Source: Octopus sinensis
Taxonomy: Eukaryota
Assembly (NCBI RefSeq): GCF_006345805.1
Contig: NC_042998.1
Coordinates: 119,722,001-119,786,000, forward strand
Direction: 5' to 3'
DNA: 64,000 nt
The translations under genes and the position numbers were made by a program. Below the pieces are notes generated by a model that saw nothing but the letters and a program-made list of their open reading frames with translations, was not told where the DNA came from and did not search any database. Positions 51,446-61,798 of this stretch are shown piece after piece; positions within the stretch are counted from its first letter, which is position 1; every line of letters begins with the position of its first letter.

Positions 51446-52684
51446 CGAGGGGCATTCAATAAGTAATGCCCCTGACCCACTTCCCATAGCAGTAGAGCAA
51501 TGAAACTTGGCACAGTTATTAGTCTTTTTCTACATAGGAACCACACACAGTTATGCATTTCTCCAATCGTTTGATGCAGCTCTGGAAACCGTTTTTGTAG
51601 AAGACCGCAGCTTGGTCCTCCAACCACGATGTTACTTCAGAAATCAAGGCTGCAACATCTGGGAAACGCTTTCCTTTCAAAAACAACTTCATGGCTGGGA
51701 AGAGGTGAAAATCAGAGGGTGCAAGGTCAGGAGTGTAGGGGGATGGGGGAGGAGTTCATAGCCGCACGCCTGTCCTGATCTGGCAGCAAGCGTGTTGTGG
51801 ACCGGAGCGTTGTCCTGCAGGAGGAGGATGCCTTTGCTGATCTTGCCCCGCCTCTTGATTTTGATAGCTTCTCTTAATTTCCTCAAAAGTGAAGCATAAT
51901 AGGCTTCTGTAATTGGTATCCTTTGCCAGGAAATCTGTCATCACTACTCCGTCCTGGTCCCAGAAGACTGTGAGCATGACCTTGCCTTCTTTGGAGGAGG
52001 TGAGTCACGGTGCTTCCACTGCATTGACTGGGCTTTGGTCTCTGGATCATAGTGATGGACCCAGGTTTCATCCTGTGTAATCAGTCTTTTGAAAAATTTT
52101 GACTCATCTTGGCACATCTCCAAATTCATCCTCGAGCACTCGACGCGTTCTTGCTCCTGGAAAGGTGTGAGCAACCTGGGAATCCATCTGGCAGACACCT
52201 TTTGCATATGCAAATGGTCATGAATGATAGTTTCCACAGACCCGGTACTAATCTTGACCTCATGGGCTATTTGGTGAATAGTTATGCGTCGATCTTCCAA
52301 AATGGCAGCCTCATCAATGGCAGAAGGGGGGGCGACCAGATCTGGGAGCTGTTTCCACAGAGTTCCGACCATGTTTGAATTCACGATGCCAGCGTTTTAC
52401 AAGGTCATATGATGGGGCATCATCATAAGTTACTTTCATTTCATCAAAAGTCTCCCGTGGTGTGCGTCCTTTCAAATACAAAAAACCGATCACTGCTCAA
52501 CACTCAACAGGCTCCATTTCACACTTGACTCAGTTCAAACACCTGTAAATCAGAAACCACAATTACTTCAGAGCTGTAATTTACCACTTAATCTATAGAG
52601 ATATAAATAATTGTACATGCAAAATTTCAGCTAGATTGTTTCAACTGCAAGTGGGTCAGGGGCATTACTTATGAACGTCCCTCG
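51446..52684 (-). mobile_element. Full-length but frameshifted mariner (irritans/Hsmar2-like), 1239 bp
   Basis: ~37-bp TIRs cgaggggcattcaataagtaatgcccctgacccactt, TA target duplications (51444-45, 52685-86); WIPRLLT, TQDETWVHHYDPETK, LQDNAPVH; ATG at 52517. Confidence 0.93.
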
Positions 52685-53019
52685 TACTATTATAAAATTG
52701 AGTTGAAATCTTGAAAGTACATTTAGGAGGGGGATAATTTCTTTCTCCCTCTACCAGATTGTCTATCATACAGTACTGATTGTGAGGGACCCTCTCAAAT
52801 AAAATGTCTTCTTTAACCATTATTGTCTCAAACACTGCATAATGTCAGTATTGTTTATATTTCGTTTTAAATTTCTTGAAACTTCATATTTTTATGATTT
52901 CAAAATGACACCAGGTAATTAGAAAACTAAAAAGAAAAAAATAATAACTATTACTAATATTGTGCTCTGTTAATTACATTAGTTTTTTGGAAATAGACAT
53001 TCACTGTTATATTTACTTA

Positions 53020-54367
53020 CTAGCAGTATAACCCGGCCTTGCCCGGGATTAAGTTACGATTATTAAGCTAATCAAGTTCTTTATTTCAAACCAAACTAAG
53101 TAATATCAACGTCAAATTTGGGCAAAATCCGTTGAAATTGGTTATATTATATATATATAATATAATATAATATAAATATATATGGGCAACAGACACGAAC
53201 ACACATGTACTTACGTACACCTATTGCATGTTTTGTGCATGTTCATAAACAGAAATGAATGGAAAAATGTTGTTAAATTTGTAGATTAACACTCGCACGA
53301 TTTTCACTAAGAAAAATAATCGTTTTTTTTTTTTTTTGTGTGGAATCAACTACTCTGGCCTCTTAATATGCTACAAAACCCTTTTTGTGGTCCGTGAAAC
53401 GGAGTGGGTGTGGTGGAAACCTCAGAAATTGTACCCATTTATATTGTGCAATTCACTGACAAATTGCAAAAGATCCCTCACATCTTTGTTGTTAAATAAT
53501 GGATTGTCAACAAAACACTTTTTTACTTGGCGTAAAATATAAACAAAACTCTTTCGCACCCAAAGTAATGTGTGTGAGAGAGAGAGGGAGGGGAGAAAGA
53601 TGAACGATTTAAAATAAATAAATGATTTAAAATAAATATATTGTAATTGTTGTGTGAGAAAGTATATATGCTATGATTATAAAATATAGTGTCTTTCTAA
53701 AACATCCTGAATTTGAACACTATATCTCATGTTTAAGAAAAGACAAAGCATTTTATATTTTATGAACGTCGTCACTTACTCTCTCTCTCTCTCTCACTTT
53801 GTCTTTCCCGTGAAACTCTCTGCTTCTCTTCCACTTTTCTTTATCTTGTTTTTTTTTTGTTAGACGCCGTCAGAAAGCTATGGCTGAAAATAGATTTTTA
53901 TGACCGTCGTCACTTCCTCTCTCTCACTTTGTCTTTCCCGTGAAACTCTCTGCCTCTCTTCTTCCACTTTTCTTTATCTTGTTTTTTTTTTGTTAGACGC
54001 CGTCAAAAAGCTATGGCTGAAAATAGATTTTTATGACCGTCGTCACTTCCTCTCTCTCCCTCTCTCACTTTGTCTTTCCCATGACACTCTCTGCCTCTCT
54101 TCTTCCACTTTTCTTATCTTGTTTTTTTTTTTTTGTTAGATGCCGTCAAAAAGCTATGGCTGAAAATAGATTTTTACCGCTAAAAGTTATGGCTGAAAAT
54201 AGATTTTTACTGCTATCTGCGGGTGCCTCGGGAACAAAATAAGTTGACAAAACCCAGATAGGATGTTGACGAATGTCCTAAAATTTAAGCGACATGCGTG
54301 CTAATTTGTGGATGTGCATAAACTACAATCACGTACACACACACATCTTGCCGTATATATATACAGA
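53020..54367 (-). mobile_element. Non-autonomous Helitron with canonical ends
   Basis: Minus strand reads A|TCTGTATATATA...cccgggcaaggccgggttatactgCTAG|T: 5' TC, 3' GC-rich hairpin + CTAG, inserted in AT, no TSD. Confidence 0.85.
53766..54212. repeat. ~135-bp tandem repeat x3 plus a partial unit inside the Helitron
   Basis: cgtcgtcacttcctctctc...gctatggctgaaaatagattttta repeated. Confidence 0.9.
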
Positions 54368-55345
54368 TATATATAAATATATATGTATTCCCAACCACAT
54401 GGTTCTGGGTTCAGTACTATTGCGTGACACCTTGTGAGTATATCTGGTTGACATAAACCGTAAGAAGCCCGTCTTATATATGTATATATATAATTATAGT
54501 ATATTCTGTTAAGAATATAGTAGAATACAGTATAAAACTCGCTCGTGCACTTTCACATTTAAACTGTGCTTTCCAGTAGTAGTATTATATGTATTTCCAG
54601 GTTTGCGTTTGGACATCTGTCGTGTGTGAATAGATAATTGAAAAATTGGAGTCAACAAGAAGGGTACGGTTGGACATTTATTTTTTAATCACTACAATTG
54701 TTTGCACGCAACGTAGTTCTCCAGATGTGCAGGTACTTGATTAAGAAACTATTTCCCTGCATTATGAGATCTAGTTGTGTTTCCTCAGGTGATATGTAAA
54801 TATTGTCTCTGTAAATTTAAAATCCTCGGCTTCAAGAACATTCTATCTCTCTGTCGTGGCCTTAATTTAGTAGTAGTCACAAAGCCTATCAGGGTATGTT
54901 GTTGGTGAAGGGCCGTTGGCAAACTGCTTTGAATGCGTAAATGTAGTGGGATGGTGATTCTCGTACTCTTAAAGTGGTTGCTGTTTTAAAGAGATTGGTA
55001 TTTTGTTTCTTTGTACTGTTGATTTGTTCTTCATGGTTGGTTACACATATGATTCTCCTTAGTTGGCCTTTAAGATTCAACACTCGGACACATACACGCA
55101 TATATGCGCGCGCGCACACACATATACATTCACATATATACACATATATAAAATCTACACACACATATACATACGGATATATACACACGCTCACATATAC
55201 GGATATGTACGCGAACTCGCGTACACCTATACTCACTCGCATATACATACACAGATGCTCGCGTGTGCATACACACACTTACACACATGTATAGATATAT
55301 CTACTTACACACACACACATGCACACCCACTCACACCATACATAT

Positions 55346-55920
55346 TGTAACAAACCTGTGAGTGTGAATATATCTTCTCTTGTACTTTCGGGGTACAAGA
55401 GGCAATCACTAGCCGTTGCTTTAATAATCCAGAATTCTACCAGTCAGAAACAACAAGACGCAGACGTAATAGATATATATACTACTTTATTCTCTAATGT
55501 GGTAACAGTAACAATAAGTGGTTATCTGGTATCCCTTTGGTTCTGGGCGCGCAAGGCTGAAAGTTAATCGATTGTAATATTTACAATGTTCAGCCGCTAA
55601 AAACAGAACGGGTTAAAGATGGCGTCCGGAACAGGGAGAAGATGTGGTCTGCAACAATTTGGTTAAAGGCCTTTTGGTAAGGTGCTGCTAGAATCAAGTT
55701 CGGACGGAGAGAAAATATACGTGACCGTTGCCTTCAGTCGCTGCTGTCTCAAGTCGCTGCTTGCTGGACGCTGGTGGTGAACGTCTTACGACCCCCTTGC
55801 CTCGGCTAACTGCTACGTAGGCAAAAGGGTTCTTCTTCCGGTGGTGAAAGCACCAACCCCGCACGCGCGAAATACAAATGGACGGTGCGCGAGCGCGCGC
55901 CGTTGTATAGGATCACTACA
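55346..55920 (-). mobile_element. Solo LTR (Gypsy-like, 575 bp), CpG-rich
   Basis: TGTAAC...TCACTACA termini, perfect 4-bp TSD ATAT, minus-strand AATAAA near 55490. Confidence 0.85.
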
Positions 55921-55939
55921 ATATAAATATATATATTCA

Positions 55940-56340
55940 CTCACAAATTAAAAAAAGAGTAGCTTATTAGCAATTAAATAAAGGCGATTTTATTATAGAG
56001 GTAAAAAAAAGTGGCAGATGGTACTGACTAGCACAGTTTTTGTTAAAATAACTCAAACCCACAAGAGCACTGAACTGATAAAGAGACTGATAAAGAGAGG
56101 TAAGTCCCCAGCGTGCATAGCCGGATCGCAATTTCGGATTTTGATGCAGGCCATCTTAATCTTCATCAGCGACTCTTAAAGCCTAGAGTTAAGCACGACT
56201 GCTTCTATCAGTCTTACAAGAAAAACCGTTGAAAATGTGCTGATTTTCAAAACGGTAAAAGTGTAAACAATAAATTAAAAAGTGTGGCTTATTAGCAATT
56301 AAAGCATAAAGGCAAAATTAATAGAGGTCACAAAAGTGAC
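55940..56340 (-). mobile_element. Penelope-like pseudo-LTR / retrozyme-like unit with partial terminal direct repeat
   Basis: gcttattagcaattaaa...taaaggc...tagaggt...aaaagtg repeated at ~55963 and ~56287; contains a hammerhead motif. Confidence 0.55.
56120..56173 (-). ncRNA. Minimal type I hammerhead ribozyme
   Basis: Minus strand: gucg CUGAUGA a gauu-aa-gaug-gccug-cauc-aa-aauc c GAAA uugcga UC^ cggc. Complete core, stem I gucg/cggc, stem II, near-palindromic stem III. Confidence 0.75.
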
Positions 56341-56359
56341 TATATATATATATATATTT

Positions 56360-56518
56360 TTTTCTCTCCTTGTTTTTTCTGTGTCCCTTTCTGTAGAAGA
56401 GCGTAGGCTCGAAACGTAAAATACCTTTTCTATTCCTGAGCGTTATCCTAATACACCTGTTTGTTTTGTACACCACCTGTCTTCGTCTTTTGTTTTTTTC
56501 GTAAACTCTCCCTATATA

Positions 56519-56561
<43 letters not shown>

Positions 56562-56800
56562 CATACATATATATATAATTATATACATATATATAAACAA
56601 GGCACGAGAAACTGCATGTTTGACCGCTAAATCCACAAGTTTTTTTACTTTCTCTGTTTTCGTCGTGCTCTTTTCTGTTGAAGAGCATAGGCTCAAAATG
56701 TAAAAGACTTTCTCACCTTCTCGAGCGTTAAACTAATACACCTGCTTGTTGTTTATACACCTGTCTTCGTCTTTTGCTTTTCTGTTAATTTCAACTATAT
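56360..56800 (+). repeat. Two tandem ~150-bp Penelope-like repeats, each with a variant hammerhead motif (56387-56422, 56670-56706)
   Basis: cttt CTGTAGA A GAGC gtag GCTC GAAAC GTA aaa, and the decayed cttt(t) CTGTTGA A GAGC atag GCTC AAAAT GTA aaag. Confidence 0.6.
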
Positions 56801-57521
56801 GTATGTATGTATGTATGTATGTATATGTATGTATGTATGTATATGTATGTATGTATGTATATAGCAGCGCATCAGTGCTACCTCAAATCAACACCCAACT
56901 AAGACATGTATTCTTCAAGACACTGGGAGATACCCAGTATCTCCCCATCAGGGAGACAATGTTCAGCAGAGATGGGACTCTCTCAGAGACATCATCCATA
57001 GAACTGCACGAAAGTTCTTCATCCAGATCGTTTAGTCAGTCTCTCCAGAAAGAAAACTCTGATGTAACATGTGCAATTTTGTTTGCATCTAATGATTTAG
57101 ACAACTCTTTAGTTTTAGGTAATTGCATACGTTATTTAGAGAGCGAGATCGACCTTGAACGAGGCCTTATTACAAAATGTTTCAGGTACACGAATCGCTT
57201 GATTATTTAATATCTCTATTAACGTCTCCATTATGAGTTGCATCATATGACTGGCTATAACTGAAAAAGAAAATAATACTCAACGAAAAATTCCATGATG
57301 GAATGAAAGCATGCGTCAATGGGTGATATGTTCTCTGAACAGCTGCTTCAAGAGGCATCCATCATTGCCACATCTATGCAAAAAATGAAGATCTCGAAGG
57401 GTAATGGAAAGCCATAACCATTCTGTTTATGCTTAAGCAATGGCATTGATCAAAATTAAGTTGCAGTCATCAAGTATGTACATACGTACATTCCTGATGA
57501 CTGTTTCTTTCTTTGTATGCA

Positions 57522-58720
57522 TCTCTCTATATATAAACGGCAGTTTGTGTGTCTGTCAGGTTGTACCCTCACCCTGACCACGGCTTTCAACCGATTCTGA
57601 TGAAACTCGACACACACATAGCCCAATGTCATAATTCAAAACTAACGCAGCGAAAATTTTGAAAAGTTCCCCCAGTTCTTAAAAAAAATCGATAAATTCG
57701 ACATGGGTTGAGAATCTAAGCTTTTTATATGCAACACATTTTCTACAGACTGTCTAGGGGACGCAACTCGACCTTTTTAACTCTCGGAACACGTGGGGTA
57801 AGTATCCCAAAATGTATAAAAATGTACAAAAACGGCAAAAAAGCGGGCAGCAATGTGAGTGACAACAACGAAAAAGTCAAAAGTGACCAAACTGAACAAA
57901 CAAATGGAAAAGGTTTTTTGATGCACACGACAAAAGCGGTTTATAATAAACCAAGAGTTTGCAAGTAGCGTCCGAGGACCCTTAGGGTACGTAAAAAATT
58001 TAAGGTAAAACGTTTGGGGTGGTAGTTATAAAGAAAGTGTAAACAAAAAAAGTATTCAAATAACTTGCGGCTGCAGCAGCTATTAGCAGAAAATGTTTCA
58101 AAAATTTTTGGGAAAAATTTTCAAGAAATTCTTCAAAAATTTTTCTAAAATATTGGGGAAAATTCCTGAAAAAATTTTTGAGGAAAATTTTCAAAAAATT
58201 TTTCAAAACTTTTTGGGGAAAAGTTTTCAAAAAATTTTTCAAAAATTTATGGGGAAATGTTTCAAGAAATTTTTGAAAAATTTTTGGGGAAAATTTTCAA
58301 AAATTGGAATTGTAGGCCCGTCTCTTGCAATTTCGATCAATTGGATCTTGTTCTCCCTCTTGTATAGAAGTGTACGGCTGCAGCGAAATTCATTTTTGGA
58401 CTTTTTTCGATCGAAGGCATTTTAACAAAAATGTTTCCGTAAAGATGGTGAAAATATCGTCAATTTCCCCAAACAGGGACACAATTCAATTTTTAAACAA
58501 TAACCAAAGCCCCTTCTCCGAAAGGGGAAGGGTTACGGTTTACAATTATTTAACAAATGCAACACAACAACGCTTCCCTGACAAGGAACCAACAAACGTG
58601 ATCACAATAGTCAAACAGTAATAATAATAACAACAAACCTTTTTAATTTATCCCCATTTATGTGAAACCACTTATTCAAGTTCAAGTCATTGATGCAATT
58701 TTATACAAATTGCTAATACA
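57522..58720 (+). mobile_element. Helitron-like element, 5' part (no 3' end seen)
   Basis: A|TCTCTCTATATATAAACGGCAG..gtgtgtctgtc..aaccgattctgatgaaact, the same 5' architecture as 54367 and 59116. Confidence 0.6.
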
Positions 58721-58721
58721 C

Positions 58722-59116
58722 ACATAATAAGGGTGAAAAATTGAATATTAATTTCATTAATATGAATTGAAAACCAGTGGTGTAGCATATAAGACCATAG
58801 CGGATCTTCTTCTAGCAAAATGGATGACCATTGTTAATGGTTCATCCCTGTTATATAATACTTTCACTTTAATAGTGAAAGTGTCTGCATTATAAAAGTG
58901 TTTCACTTTTAACACGTAATACTGAAATAGAGGAGAAGATATGATATTGCTGTGGGGTCGCCCTAGGGAAAAAGTTAAGATTTTTTGCTGATGACACTCC
59001 CCGGACCTTAAGTAAGGCATGTGTAAAATTTGAATGAAATTGGTTGTGTAGATCTCAAGTTTTAGGGAAACACACAGACAGACAGACATACATTCTCAGT
59101 TTTATATATATAGAGA
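58722..59116 (-). mobile_element. Helitron-like element, 5' part; internally deleted relative of 10983-12590
   Basis: A|TCTCTATATATATAAAA..(ctgt)n on the minus strand; blocks match 10983-11048, 11156-11222 and 12300-12590. Confidence 0.75.
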
Positions 59117-59721
59117 TGTTTTATTACTTTGATACTTCATATGTGAAGGTTGTGGATTTAATTTCCAGATTAGGTAGCAAGTTGTGTCCTTGAGCAAGGT
59201 ACTTTATTTCATGCTACTTGAATCAGTACTGTGAAAATCAGTATTGGCAATAGCTGAGGGTGAAACTTATGGCAAATTGATGTCCTATTCAGAGAGGAGT
59301 CTTGTACTCAGTCAGAGTCATACACTTTGGAAACCAGAATGAGCTCCAACCTGATATTCTTGCAAAACAGACTTAAAAGTATGACTATAGTCTCTGTACT
59401 TCTACAACCTCTTTGATGCTCTACTGCACTATGCATTACCCTGATATTTAATGATGATATATTAAAATAAGTCTATCTTTTTTACAGGTTAATATGACAG
59501 GGTCATAATCTAATATTTTCCTTTCAGTATCTCAGTTGCACTTGTTTGGTAAAAGATTTAATCTAAGGAATAATTGATAATATATACCCAAAATGTTAAA
59601 GTAACTACTACAGTTCTATATTTAAGAGATAAGGAATTGTGTACATTATTTACATTTGACAGATATTTGTCCTCATCTTATTTGTTGTAAATAATGAAAG
59701 TAACTACTGTTGTCCCACTCT

Positions 59722-60035
59722 TTTAGTCATTGAACTGCAGCCATGCTGGGGCACCACCTTGATGGTATTAGTTAATGAACTACTTCCCAGTGTTTATTTA
59801 TAAGCAGAGTACTTATTTTACTGGCCTCTTTGCTGAACTGCTAAGTTATGGAGATGTAAACAAGCCTATACTAGTCGAGCAATGAGAAACAAACTTAGCA
59901 TACATATATACATGATGGGCTTCCACACAGATTCAGGCTAGGGCTTAGAAGATACTTGCCTAAGGTATGCACTAGGACTTGAACCCCTACTGCATGCAGT
60001 TGCGAAGAGAACTTTTTAAACACTCAGCATGCTTA
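59722..60035 (-). mobile_element. Octopus-type tRNA-derived SINE
   Basis: gccatgctggggcacc 3' segment (also at 6273-6293), inverse B box ggacttgaaccc, acttgcctaagg core. Confidence 0.7.
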
Positions 60036-60247
60036 TACCTACTTAATAGTTTTTCAATTTCTAATTTATAATACTAAATATTTTAATGTTTTATTACAGA
60101 ATTTTCCTAATATTTACAAAATATAATATTACTAATGTAAAAACAAATGAACATATTGTATGGTTAAGTAGTTCTCTTCACAGTCATATAGTTCTAGCTT
60201 GATCCTATTGTTCTTGGGTGATAAACTTAATCTGCTGCCCAGTTTAA

Positions 60248-60467
60248 CCCTTTAATATTTAAACCAGTTATATCCAGTCCAAATATTCTATATGTTTTAT
60301 GTTCAAACTGGCCAAATTCAGCTATTCACATCTACCCTACAATGTCATTCTAAAAATGTACAGTCACATCATTGAAATCTTTAAGCTAAAAGATAATGCA
60401 CAATTAGTTCAAAATAATGTGAATAAATAAGCATTACATTTGAGAAAGTAATTTGAATGCTAACGGG
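60248..60467. mobile_element. piggyBac-like MITE
   Basis: TTAA|CCC...GGG|TTAA with degenerate ~16-bp TIRs. Confidence 0.65.
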
Positions 60468-61289
60468 TTAATATCATCTGGTCTCTGAATGCCTTTAGCA
60501 AGGTCTAACTCTGTTGCAAATATTAAGACTTGGAGGCTTTGCAGAAAGTTCATGAGTGTTCTTTCTCTGACTAATCTGCCATAAATAAGACAAAACCTAC
60601 ATGTAAATAACAGTTTAGCTGTGGATTATCTTAATCTTATTATCATTGACTTAATACAAACTTTGTGGCTTTGTATTGTCACTGTTAGAAGTAAAACAAT
60701 GTGGGGTGCAATCACTTGAATTATATTGACAAAATAGATAATGGTTAAATATGAAGAATATATACAGCAAGACATTATCTAGTGCTCTACTAATTATCCC
60801 ATCCACTTAATGCCTTTATTAGAAAAAATGTTTAAAAGAAACTACCCTTTTTAAGCTATTCTAGTATATTCCAATGGTGCCAAACTACAGATCTCAAAGC
60901 TACTGTGTCTAGCAGGTTTCAATGCTGCTTTTTTCTTAAAAACAACTTTTAACATCATACCAGCAATAGTTAAAAGCATTAACACCAAAAATGAAGACTT
61001 AATAAAAGCCTTCAACAACCAAAGGTTAATCAGTCTAGTGAGAAAAAAATGTGTAATGGTATATTTTGGGAAATTTAATTATAACATATATATCATGGCT
61101 CTTAAATGTAAAACAAAAAATGTGAGTCTTATCAAACAACCAGGTCACCCCTGATATATTCTATTGTTGTTTATCTCCAGGTTAGTCTTGATTGAATTCA
61201 TGAATGATCAATAGCATCCCAACCATGAGCGTTTTGCACCTCCACCGACCCACCTGGAATAATTTATATCCTGTTATTTTATCTTTATC

Positions 61290-61620
61290 GAGTGCATGCT
61301 CACCAAAAGTGCCAAGCTGAAACTTATAAAAACCATAGTTTGACTAGTACTCTTATATGGGTTTGAAGCATGTACCCTAAGAATGGTTGATACCAAGTAA
61401 CTATAGATGATGAGCTACAGATGAATGCTGCAGATCAGTAGGGTGGCCTATTGAATCAATGGTTCAGTCTTGGAGGAGGTGGGAGCAGAATGAAACTTAG
61501 CAATGATAGTCGGATGGGGAAAACTGAAATATTACATCCACATTATCAGGGCCTACACCCTTAGAGGATGAAGATGGGGTGGTGACATGAAGAACTAGAT
61601 AAGAATGACTCCTAGCAAAA
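61290..61620 (+). mobile_element. Old RTE (BovB-like) C-terminal fragment
   Basis: KLKLIKTIV*LVLLYGFEACTL...YR*MLQIS...NGSVLEEVG. Confidence 0.6.
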
Positions 61621-61798
61621 TATCTGGCTGTACTACAAGTGTAATAAGGAGTGATGTTTGTGTCAAGCCCCTAACATTCAATCAGCCATGAGAATGGCCA
61701 TATTCTTTCAGGCATTTCTTGTACTTATTGATTTTTTGAATATATATATATTAGTGTTGACATTAGTATAAGGTGTAATACTGATTATATTAATCATC

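Noticed and set aside
58000-58425. K/F/N-rich ORFs on both strands
   Set aside because: Products of the A/T-tract repeat.
59598-59708. 87-bp insert flanked by the 12-bp duplication aaagtaactact
   Set aside because: Probably a short fragment of a common repeat; no structure or coding signal to support more.
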